Below, one piece after another: positions 28,101 through 41,200 of a stretch of DNA of 64,000 nt. The notes below the pieces were generated by a model, which was not told the DNA's origin, did no database searches, and worked only from the letters and a program-made list of their open reading frames with translations. Positions within the stretch are counted from its first letter, which is position 1. Each line of letters begins with the position of its first letter. Location: assembly GCF_009914755.1 (NCBI RefSeq), contig NC_060939.1, one strand, 5' to 3'. The DNA comes from the human T2T-CHM13v2.0 reference genome, Homo sapiens. Made by a program: the position numbers and the translations under genes.

Positions 28101-31100
28101 CCAACTGATTCCATTCCATTCTATTCCTTTCCATTCCATTTCATTCCATTCCATTCCATTTCATTCCATTCCATTCCATTCGTGTCCATTCCACTCCAGT
28201 CCATTCCATTCGTGTCCATTCCATTCCAGTCCATTCCATTTGTGTCCACTGCATTCCATTCCACTCCATTCCATATTATTCCATTACACTCCATTCCATT
28301 CTATTACTTTCATTTCCATTCAATTCCATTCCGTTTGATTCCATTCCACTCGGTTTCATTCCATTTGAGTCCACTCCATTCCATTCCATTCCATTCCATT
28401 CCATTCAGTTCCATTCCATTCTGTTCCATTCCATTCCGTTCCATTACATTCCATTCCATTCGGTACCATTCCATATTGTTCCATTCGATTCCATTCGAAT
28501 CCATTCCATTCCAGTCCATTCCATTCGATTCCATTCCATTCATTTCAATTCCATTCCATTCCATTCCATTCCATTCCACTTGATTCCTCTCCATTCCCTT
28601 CCACTGCCTTCCGTTCGATTCCATTCCATTGCATTGCATTCCATTCCATTGGATTGCATTCCATTCGATTCCATTCCATTCGAATCAATTACATAGCAAT
28701 CCATTACATTCGAGTCTATTCTATTCCGTTCCATTCGATTTCGTTCCAATCCATTCGATTCCATTCCATTCGACTCCATTCCATACTATTGCATTCCATT
28801 CTATTACATTATATTCGAATAAGTTCCATTCAAGACCATTTCTTTTGAGTCCATTCTATTTGAGTCCATTCCCTTTGATTCCATAACATTTGAGTCCATT
28901 CAATTCCATTCCTTTCGTTCCCATTCCATTTGATGCCATTCCATTCAATTCTGTTCTACTCGACTCCAATACATTCAATTCCATTCCATCCGATTCCATT
29001 ACATTCTTTTCATTTCTTATCCATTTCAAGCCATTCCACTCCATTCCATTCCACTCGTTTCCTTTCCATTCGAGTCCATTCCTCTCCAGTCCATTCCGTT
29101 CAATCCATTCCATTCCAGTCCATTCCATTCGAGTCCGTTCCATTCCAGTCCACTCCATTCGAGTCAATTCCATCCCATTCGATGTCTTTCCATAACGATC
29201 CATTCCATTCTTTTCCTTTCGATTCCATTCCATTCTATTTCATTCCATTCGATTCCCTTCCATTGGACTCCTTTCCATTCGAGTGCATTCCATTCCGTTC
29301 CATTTCTTACCGTTCTGTACGATTCCTACCGTTCGATTTCATTTTGTTCCAGTCCATTCCTTTCGCGTCCATTCCATTCCATTTCACTCCATTCGATTCC
29401 ATTCCACTCGATTCCACTTCGTTCCATTTCATTGCATTCCATTCTATTCAACTCTATTGCCTTCCATTCCATTCCATTCGATTACATTCCATGCGATTCC
29501 ATTCGAAATCGAATCAATTACATTGCAATCCATTACTATTGAGTCCATTTTATTCCAGTCCACTGCATTCTGGTCCATTCCATTTGATTCCATTCCATTC
29601 TATTCCATTCCATACAGTTGCATTCCATTGGATTCCATTCTATATCTATAAATTCAATTCGAGACCATTGCTTTTGAATCCATTCTATATGATTCCATTC
29701 CATTCAAGTCCATTACATTTGGTTCAATTCCATTCCATTCCATTCCCTTCCATTCCATTCCAGTTGATATCAATCCATTCGATTCCATTCCATTCGAGCA
29801 CATTCCATTCGAGTCCATTCCATTCGATGCCATTCCATTTGATTCTATTCCATTAGTCTCCATTCAATTCCATTAATCTCCATTCCATTCCATTCTACTC
29901 CAACTGATTCCATTCCATTCTATTCCTTTCCATTCCATTTCATTCCATTCCATTCCATTTCATTCCATTCCATTCCATTCGCTTCCATTCCATTCGTGTC
30001 CATTCCACTCCAGTCCATTCCATTCGTGTCCATTCCATTCCAGTCCATTCCATTTGTGTCCACTGCATTCCATTCCACTCCATTCCATATTATTCCATTA
30101 CACTCCATTCCAATCTATTACTTTCATTTCCATTCAATTCCATTCCATTTGATTCCATTCCACTCGGTTTCATTCCATTTGAGTCCACTCCAATCCATTC
30201 CATTCCATTCCATTCCATTCCATTCCATTCAGTTCCATTCCATTCTGTTCCATTCCATTCCGTTCCATTGCATTCCATTCCATTCGGTACCATTCCATAT
30301 TTTTCCATTCGATTCCATTCGAATCCATTCCATTCCAGTCCATTCCATTCGATTCCATTCCATTCCTTTCAATTCCATTCCATTCCATCCAATTCCACTT
30401 GATTCCACTCCATTCCCTTCCACTGCATTCCGTTCGATTCCATTCCATTGCATTGCATTCCATTCCATTGGATTGCATTCCATTCGATTCCATTCCATTC
30501 GAATCAATTACATAGCAATCCATTACATTCGAGTCTATTCTATTCCGTTCCATTCGATTTCGTTCCAATCCATTCGATTCCATTCCATTCGATTCCATTC
30601 CATACTATTGCATTCCATTCGATTACATTATATTCGAATAAGTTCCATTCAAGACCATTTCTTTTGAGTCCATTCTATTTGAGTCCATTCCCTTTGATTC
30701 CATAACATTTGAGTCCATTCAATTCCATTCCTTTCGTTTCCATTCCATTTGATGCCATTCCATTCAATTCTGTTCTACTCGACTCCAATACATTCAATTC
30801 CATTCCATCCGATTCCATTACATTCTTTTCATTTCTTATCCATTTCAAGCCATTCCACTCCATTCCATTCCACTCGTTTCCTTTCCATTCGAGTCCATTC
30901 CTCTCCAGTCCATTCCGTTCAATCCATTCCATTCCAGTCCATTCCATTCGAGTCCGTTCCATTCCAGTCCATTCCATTCGAGTCAATTCCATTCCATTCG
31001 ATGTCTTTCCATAACGATCCATTCCATTCTATTCCTTTCGATTCCATTCCATTCTATTTCATTGCATTCGATTCCCTTCCATTGGACTCCTTTCCATTCG

Positions 31101-34100
31101 AGTGCATTCCATTCCGTTCCATTTCTTTCCGTTCTGTACGATTCCTACCGTTCGATTTCATTTTGTTCCAGTCCATTCCTTTCGCGTCCATTCCATTCCA
31201 TTTCACTCCATTCGATTCCATTCCACTCGATTCCACTTCGTTCCATTTCATTGCATTCCATTCTATTCAACTCTATTGCCTTCCATTCCATTCCATTCGA
31301 TTACATTCCATGCGATTCCATTCGAAATCGAATCAATTACATTGCAATCCATTACTATTGAGTCCGTTTTATTCCAGTCCACTGCATTCTGGTCCATTCC
31401 ATTTGATTCCATTCCATTCTATTCCATTCCATACAGTTGCATTCCTTTGGATTCCATGCTATATATATAAATTAAATTCGAGACCATTGCTTTTGAGTCC
31501 ATTCTATATGATTCCATTCCATTCAAGTCCATTACCTTTGGTTCAATTCCATTCCATTCTAGTTGATATCAATCCATTCGATTCCATTCCATTCGAGCAC
31601 ATTCCATTCGAGTCCATTCCATTCGATGCCATTCCATTTGATTCTATTCCATTAGTCTCCATTCAATTCCATTAATCTCCATTCCATTCCATTCTACTCT
31701 AACTGATTCCATTCCATTCTATTCCTTTCCATTCCATTTCATTCCATTCCATTCCATTTCATTCCATTCCATTCCATTCGTGTCCATTCCTCTCCAGTCC
31801 ATTCCATTCGTGTCCATTCCATTCCAGTCCATTCCATTTGTGTCCACTGCATTCCATTCCACTCCATTCCATATTATTCCATTACACTCCATTCCATTCT
31901 ATTACTTTCATTTCCATTCAATTCCATTCCATTTGATTCCATTCCACTCGGTTTCATTCCATTTGAGTCCACTCCATTCCATTCCATTCCATTCCATTCT
32001 GTTCCATTCCATTCCGTTCCATTACATTCCATTCCATTCGGTACCATTCCATAGTGTTCCATTCGATTCCATTCGAATCCATTCCATTCCAGTCCATTCC
32101 ATTCGATTCCATTTCATTCATTTCAATTCCATTCCATTCCATTCCATTACATTCCACTTGATTCCTCTCCATTCCCTTCCACTGCATTCCGTTCGATTCC
32201 ATTCCATTGCATTGCATTCCATTCCATTGGATTGCATTCCATTCGATTCCATTCCATTCGAATCAATTACATAGCAATCCATTACATTCGAGTCTATTCT
32301 ATTCCGTTCCATTCGATTTCGTTCCAATCCATTCGATTCCATTCCATTCGATTCCATTCCATACTATTGCATTCCATTCGATTACATTATATTCGAATAA
32401 GTTCCATTCAAGACCATTTCTTTTGAGTCCATTCTATTTGAGTCCATTCCCTTTGATTCCATAACATTTGAGTCCATTCAATTCCATTCCTTTCGTTTCC
32501 ATTCCATTTGATGCCATTCCATTCAATTCTGTTCTACTCGACTCCAATACATTCAATTCCATTCCATCCGATTCCATTACATTCTTTTCATTTCTTATCC
32601 ATTTCAAGCCATTCCACTCCATTCCATTCCACTCGTTTCCTTTCCATTCGAGTCCATTCCTCTCCAGTCCATTCCGTTCAATCCATTCCATTCCAGTCCA
32701 TTCCATTCGAGTCCGTTCCATTCCAGTCCATTCCATTCGAGTCAATTCCATTCCATTCGATGTCTTTCCATAACGATCCATTCCATTCTATTCCTTTCGA
32801 TTCCATTCCATTCTATTTCATTCCATTCGATTCCCTTCCATTGGAATCCTTTCCATTCGAGTGCATTCCATTCCGTTCCATTTCTTACCGTTCTGTACGA
32901 TTCCTACCGTTCGATTTCATTTTGTTCCAGTCCATTATTTTCGCGTCCATTCCATTCCATTTCACTCCATTCGATTCCATTCCACTCGATTCCACTTCGT
33001 TCCATTTCATTGCATTCCATTCTATTCAACTCTATTGCCTTCCATTCCATTCCATTCGATTACATTCCATGCGATTCCATTCGAAATCGAATCAATTACA
33101 TTGCAATCCATTACTATTGAGTCCATTTTATTCCAGTCCACTGCATTCTGGTCCATTCCATTTGATTCCATTCCATTCTATTGCATTCCATACAGTTGCA
33201 TTCCATTGGATTCCATTCTATATCTATAAATTCAATTCGAGACCATTGCTTTTGAATCCATTCTATATGATTCCATTCCATTCAAGTCCATTACATTTGG
33301 TTCAATTCCATTCCATTCCAGTTGATATCAATCCATTCGATTCCATTCCGTTCGAGCACATTCCATTCGAGTCCATTCCATTCGATGCCATTCCATTTGA
33401 TTCTATGCCATTAGTCTCCATTCAATTCCATTAATCTCCATTCCATTCCATTCTACTCCAACTGATTCCATTCCATTCTATTCCTTTCCATTCCATTTCT
33501 TTCCATTCCATTCCATTTCATTCCATTCCATTCCATTCGTGTCCATTCCACTCCAGTCCATTCCATTCGTGTCCATTCCATTCCAGTCCATTCCATTTGT
33601 GTCCACTGCATTCCATTCCACTCCATTCCATATTATTCCATTACACTCCATTCCATTCTATTACTTTCATTTCCATTCAATTCCATTCCGTTTGATTCCA
33701 TTCCACTCGGTTTCATTCCATTTGAGTCCACTCCATTCCATTCCATTCCATTCCATTCCATTCAGTTCCATTCCATTCTGTTCCATTCCATTCCGTTCCA
33801 TTACATTCCATTCCATTCGGTACCATTCCATATTGTTCCATTCGATTCCATTCGAATCCATTCCATTCCAGTCCATTCCATTCGATTCCATTCCATTCAT
33901 TTCAATTCCATTCCATTCCATTCCATTCCATTCCACTTGATTCCTCTCCATTCCCTTCCACTGCCTTCCGTTCGATTCCATTCCATTGCATTGCATTCCA
34001 TTCCATTGGATTGCATTCCATTCGATTCCATTCCATTCGAATCAATTACATAGCAATCCATTACATTCGAGTCTATTCTATTCCGTTCCATTCGATTTCG

Positions 34101-35740
34101 TTCCAATCCATTCGATTCCATTCCATTCGACTCCATTCCATACTATTGCATTCCATTCTATTACATTATATTCGAATAAGTTCCATTCAAGACCATTTCT
34201 TTTGAGTCCATTCTATTTGAGTCCATTCCCTTTGATTCCATAACATTTGAGTCCATTCAATTCCATTCCTTTCGTTCCCATTCCATTTGATGCCATTCCA
34301 TTCAATTCTGTTCTACTCGACTCCAATACATTCAATTCCATTCCATCCGATTCCATTACATTCTTTTCATTTCTTATCCATTTCAAGCCATTCCACTCCA
34401 TTCCATTCCACTCGTTTCCTTTCCATTCGAGTCCATTCCTCTCCAGTCCATTCCGTTCAATCCATTCCATTCCATTCCATTCCATTCGAGTCCGTTCCAT
34501 TCCAGTCCACTCCATTCGAGTCAATTCCATCCCATTCGATGTCTTTCCATAACGATCCATTCCATTCTTTTCCTTTCGATTCCATTCCATTCTATTTCAT
34601 TCCATTCGATTCCCTTCCATTGGACTCCTTTCCATTCGAGTGCATTCCATTCCGTTCCATTTCTTACCGTTCTGTACGATTCCTACCGTTCGATTTCATT
34701 TTGTTCCAGTCCATTCCTTTCGCGTCCATTCCATTCCATTTCACTCCATTCGATTCCATTCCACTCGATTCCACTTCGTTCCATTTCATTGCATTCCATT
34801 CTATTCAACTCTATTGCCTTCCATTCCATTCCATTCGATTACATTCCATGCGATTCCATTCGAAATCGAATCAATTACATTGCAATCCATTACTATTGAG
34901 TCCATTTTATTCCAGTCCACTGCATTCTGGTCCATTCCATTTGATTCCATTCCATTCTATTCCATTCCATACAGTTGCATTCCATTGGATTCCATTCTAT
35001 ATCTATAAATTCAATTCGAGACCATTGCTTTTGAATCCATTCTATATGATTCCATTCCATTCAAGTCCATTACATTTGGTTCAATTCCATTCCATTCCAT
35101 TCCCTTCCATTCCATTCCAGTTGATATCAATCCATTCGATTCCATTCCATTCGAGCACATTCCATTCGAGTCCATTCCATTCGATGCCATTCCATTTGAT
35201 TCTATTCCATTAGTCTCCATTCAATTCCATTAATCTCCATTCCATTCCATTCTACTCCAACTGATTCCATTCCATTCTATTCCTTTCCATTCCATTTCAT
35301 TCCATTCCATTCCATTTCATTCCATTCCATTCCATTCGCTTCCATTCCATTCGTGTCCATTCCACTCCAGTCCATTCCATTCGTGTCCATTCCATTCCAG
35401 TCCATTCCATTTGTGTCCACTGCATTCCATTCCACTCCATTCCATATTATTCCATTACACTCCATTCCAATCTATTACTTTCATTTCCATTCAATTCCAT
35501 TCCATTTGATTCCATTCCACTCGGTTTCATTCCATTTGAGTCCACTCCAATCCATTCCATTCCATTCCATTCCATTCCATTCAGTTCCATTCCATTCTGT
35601 TCCATTCCATTCCGTTCCATTGCATTCCATTCCATTCGGTACCATTCCATATTTTTCCATTCGATTCCATTCGAATCCATTCCATTCCAGTCCATTCCAT
35701 TCGATTCCATTCCATTCCTTTCAATTCCATTCCATTCCAT
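25200..35740 (+). repeat. Recent tandem duplication of a 3-monomer block (period 5357 bp); boundaries approximate
   Basis: Unit lengths 1759/1779/1819 occur twice. Rare variants recur at +5357: GCTATATATATAAATTAAAT 26101/31458, CCATAGTGT 26692/32049, CTGCCTTCCG 28604/33961, CAATCTATTA 30111/35468. Confidence 0.9.
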
Positions 35741-38260
35741 TCCATTACATTCCACTTGATTCCTCTCCATTCCCTTCCACTGCATTCCGTTCGATTCCAT
35801 TCCATTGCATTGCATTCCATTCCATTGGATTGCATTCCATTCGATTCCATTCCATTCGAATCAATTACATAGCAATCCATTACATTCGAGTCTATTCTAT
35901 TCCGTTCCATTCGATTTCGTTCCAATCCATTCGATTCCATTCCATTCGATTCCATTCCATACTATTGCATTCCATTCGATTACATTATATTCGAATAAGT
36001 TCCATTCAAGACCATTTCTTTTGAGTCCATTCTATTTGAGTCCATTCCCTTTGATTCCATAACATTTGAGTCCATTCAATTCCATTCCTTTCGTTTCCAT
36101 TCCATTTGATGCCATTCCATTCAATTCTGTTCTACTCGACTCCAATACATTCAATTCCATTCCATCCGATTCCATTACATTCTTTTCATTTCTTATCCAT
36201 TTCAAGCCATTCCACTCCATTCCATTCCACTCGTTTCCTTTCCATTCGAGTCCATTCCTCTCCAGTCCATTCCGTTCAATCCATTCCATTCCAGTCCATT
36301 CCATTCGAGTCCGTTCCATTCCAGTCCATTCCATTCGAGTCAATTCCATTCCATTCGATGTCTTTCCATAACGATCCATTCCATTCTATTCCTTTCGATT
36401 CCATTCCATTCTATTTCATTCCATTCGATTCCCTTCCATTGGAATCCTTTCCATTCGAGTGCATTCCATTCCGTTCCATTTCTTACCGTTCTGTACGATT
36501 CCTACCGTTCGATTTCATTTTGTTCCAGTCCATTATTTTCGCGTCCATTCCATTCCATTTCACTCCATTCGATTCCATTCCACTCGATTCCACTTCGTTC
36601 CATTTCATTGCATTCCATTCTATTCAACTCTATTGCCTTCCATTCCATTCCATTCGATTACATTCCATGCGATTCCATTCGAAATCGAATCAATTACATT
36701 GCAATCCATTACTATTGAGTCCATTTTATTCCAGTCCACTGCATTCTGGTCCATTCCATTTGATTCCATTCCATTCTATTGCATTCCATACAGTTGCATT
36801 CCATTGGATTCCATTCTATATCTATAAATTCAATTCGAGACCATTGCTTTTGAATCCATTCTATATGATTCCATTCCATTCAAGTCCATTACATTTGGTT
36901 CAATTCCATTCCATTCCAGTTGATATCAATCCATTCGATTCCATTCCGTTCGAGCACATTCCATTCGAGTCCATTCCATTCGATGCCATTCCATTTGATT
37001 CTATGCCATTAGTCTCCATTCAATTCCATTAATCTCCATTCCATTCCATTCTACTCCAACTGATTCCATTCCATTCTATTCCTTTCCATTCCATTTCATT
37101 CCATTCCATTCCATTTCATTCCATTCCATTCCATTCGTGTCCATTCCACTCCAGTCCATTCCATTCGTGTCCATTCCATTCCAGTCCATTCCATTTGTGT
37201 CCACTGCATTCCATTCCACTCCATTCCATATTATTCCATTACACTCCATTCCATTCTATTACTTTCATTTCCATTCAATTCCATTCCGTTTGATTCCATT
37301 CCACTCGGTTTCATTCCATTTGAGTCCACTCCATTCCATTCCATTCCATTCCATTCCATTCAGTTCCATTCCATTCTGTTCCATTCCATTCCGTTCCATT
37401 ACATTCCATTCCATTCGGTACCATTCCATATTGTTCCATTCGATTCCATTCGAATCCATTCCATTCCAGTCCATTCCATTCGATTCCATTCCATTCATTT
37501 CAATTCCATTCCATTCCATTCCATTCCATTCCACTTGATTCCTCTCCATTCCCTTCCACTGCCTTCCGTTCGATTCCATTCCATTGCATTGCATTCCATT
37601 CCATTGGATTGCATTCCATTCGATTCCATTCCATTCGAATCAATTACATAGCAATCCATTACATTCGAGTCTATTCTATTCCGTTCCATTCGATTTCGTT
37701 CCAATCCATTCGATTCCATTCCATTCGACTCCATTCCATACTATTGCATTCCATTCTATTACATTATATTCGAATAAGTTCCATTCAAGACCATTTCTTT
37801 TGAGTCCATTCTATTTGAGTCCATTCCCTTTGATTCCATAACATTTGAGTCCATTCAATTCCATTCCTTTCGTTCCCATTCCATTTGATGCCATTCCATT
37901 CAATTCTGTTCTACTCGACTCCAATACATTCAATTCCATTACATCCGATTCCATTACATTCTTTTCATTTCTTATCCATTTCAAGCCATTCCACTCCATT
38001 CCATTCCACTTGTTTCCTTTCCATTCGAGTCCATTCCTCTCCAGTCCATTCCGTTCAATCCATTCCATTCCATTCCATTCCATTCGAGTCCGTTCCATTC
38101 CAGTCCACTCCATTCGAGTCAATTCCATCCCATTCGATGTCTTTCCATAACGATCCATTCCATTCTTTTCCTTTCGATTCCATTCCATTCTATTTCATTC
38201 CATTCGATTCCCTTCCATTGGACTCCTTTCCATTCGAGTGCATTCCATTCCGTTCCATTT
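32140..38260 (+). repeat. Nested tandem duplication with period 3598 bp (U19-U20 copied as U21 and the front of U22); boundaries approximate
   Basis: CTGCCTTCCG 33961/37559 and TTCTATGCCA 33401/36999. Loss of one CAGTCC (to CATTCC) is shared by ~34470 and ~38070 only. Confidence 0.85.
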
Positions 38261-41200
38261 CTTACCGTTCTGTTCGATTCCAACAGTTTGATTTCATTTT
38301 GTTCCAGTCCATTCCTTTCGCGTCCATTCCATTCCATTTCACTCCATTCGATTCCATTCCACTCGATTCCACTTCGTTCCATTTCATTGCATTCCATTCC
38401 ATTCAACTCTATTGCCTTCCATTCCATTCCATTCGATTACATTCCATGCGATTCCATTCGAAATCGAATCAATTACATTGCAATCCATTACTATTGAGTC
38501 CGTTTTATTCCAGTCCACTGCATTCTGGTCCATTCCATTTGATTCCATTCCATTCTATTCCATTCCATACAGTTGCATTCCATTGGATTCCATTCTATAT
38601 CTATAAATTCAATTCGAGACCATTGCTTTTGAATCCATTCTATATGATTCCATTCCATTCAAGTCCATTACATTTGGTTCAATTCCATTCCATTCCATTC
38701 CCTTCCATTCCATTCCAGTTGATATCAATCCATTCGATTCCATTCCATTCGAGCACATTCCATTCGAGTCCATTCCATTCGATGCCACTCCATTTGATTC
38801 TATTCCATTAGTCTCCATTCAATTCCATTAATCTCCATTCCATTCCATTCTACTCCAACTGATTCCATTCCATTCTATTCCTTTCCATTCCATTTCATTC
38901 CATTCCATTCCATTCCATTCCATTCCATTCGCTTCCATTCCATTCGTGTCCATTCCACTCCAGTCCATTCCATTCGTATCCATTCCATTCCAGTCCATTC
39001 CATTTGTGTCCACTGCATTCCATTCCACTCCATTCCGTATTATTCCATTACACTCCATTCCATTCTATTACTTTCATTTCCATTCAATTCCGTTCCATTT
39101 GATTCCATTCCACTCGGTTTCATTCCATTTGAGTCCACTCCATTCCATTCCATTCCATTCCATTCAGTTCCATTCCATTCTGTTCCATTCCATTCCGTTC
39201 CATTGCATTCCATTCCATTCGGTACCATTCCATATTGTTCCATTCGATTCCATTCGAATCCATTCCATTCCAGTCCATTCCATTCGATTCCATTCCATTC
39301 CTTTCAATTCCATTCCATTCCATTCCATTCCACTTGATTCCACTCCATTCCCTTCCACTGCATTCCATTCGATTCCATTACATTGCATTGCATTCCATTC
39401 CATTGGACTGCATTCCATTCGATTCCATTCCATTCGAATCAATTACATAGCAATCCATTACATTCGGGTCTATTCTATTCCGTTCCATTCGATTTCATTC
39501 CAATCCATTCGATTCCATTCCATACTATTGCATTCCATTCTATTACATTATATTCGAATAAGTTCCATTCAAGACCATTTCTTTTGAGTCCATTCTATTT
39601 GAGTCCATTCCCTTTGATTCCATAACATTTGAGTCCATTCAATTCCATTCCTTTCGTTTGCATTCCATTTGATGCCATTCCATTCAATTCTGTTCTACTC
39701 GACTCCAATACATTCAATTCCATTCCATCCGATTCCATTACATTCTTTTCATTTCTTATCCATTTCAAGCCATTCCACTCCATTCCATTCCACTCGTTTC
39801 CTTTCCATTCGAGTCCATTCCTCTCCAGTCCATTGCGTTCAATCCATTCCATTCCAGTCCATTCCATTCGAGTCCGTTCCATTCCAGTCCATTCCATTCG
39901 AGTCAATTCCATTCCATTCGATGTCTTTCCATAACGATCCATTCCATTCTATTCCTTTCGATTCCATTCCATTCTATTTCATTCCATTCGATTCCCTTCC
40001 ATTGGACTCCTTTCCATTCGAGTGCATTCCATTCCGTTCCATTTCTTTCCGTTCTGTACGATTCCTACCGTTCGATTTCATTTTGTTCCAGTCCATTCCT
40101 TTCGCGTCCATTCCATTCCATTTCACTCCATTCGATTCCATTCCACTCGATTCCACTTCGTTCCATTTCATTGCATTCCATTCTATTCAACTCTATTGCC
40201 TTCCATTCCATTCCATTCGATTACATTCCATGCGATTCCATTCGAAATCGAATCAATTACATAGCAATCCATTACTATTGAGTCCGTTTTATTCCAGTCC
40301 ACTGAATTCTGGTCCATTCCATTTGATTCCATTCCATTCTATTCCATTCCATACAGTTGCATTCCATTGGATTCCATTCTATATCTATAAATTCAATTCG
40401 AGACCATTGCTTTTGAATCCATTCCATATGATTCCATTCCATTCAAGTCCATTACATTTGGTTCAATTCCATTCCATTCCATTCCCTTCCATTCCATTCC
40501 AGTTGATATCAATCCATTCGATTCCATTCCATTCGAGCACATTCCATTTGAGTCCATTCCATTCGATGCCATTCCATTTGATTCTATTCCATTAGTCTCC
40601 ATTCAATTCCATTAATCTCCATTCCATTCCATTCTACTCCAACTGATTCCATTCCATTCTATTCCTTTCCATTCCATTTCATTCCATTCCATTCCATTCG
40701 CTTCCATTCCATTCGTGTCCATTCCACTCCAGTCCATTCCATTCGTGTCCATTCCATTCCAGTCCATTCCATTTGTGTCCACTGCATTCCATTCCACTCC
40801 ATTCCATATTATTCCATTACACTCCATTCCATTCTATTACTTTCATTTCCATTCAATTCCATTCCATTTGATTCCATTCCACTCGGTTTCATTCCATTTG
40901 AGTCCACTCCATTGCATTCCATTCCATTCCATTCAGTTCCATTCCATTCTGTTCCATTCCATTCCGTTCCATTGCATTCCATTCCATTCGGTACCATTCC
41001 ATATTGTTCCATTCGATTCCATTCGAATCCATTCCATTCCAGTCCATTCCATTCGATTCCATTCCATTCCTTTCAATTCCATTCCATTCCATTCCATTCC
41101 ACTTGATTCCTCTCCATTCCCTTCCACTGCATTCCATTCGATTCCGTTCCATTGCATTGCATTCCATTCCATTGGACTGCATTCCATTCGATTCCATTCC

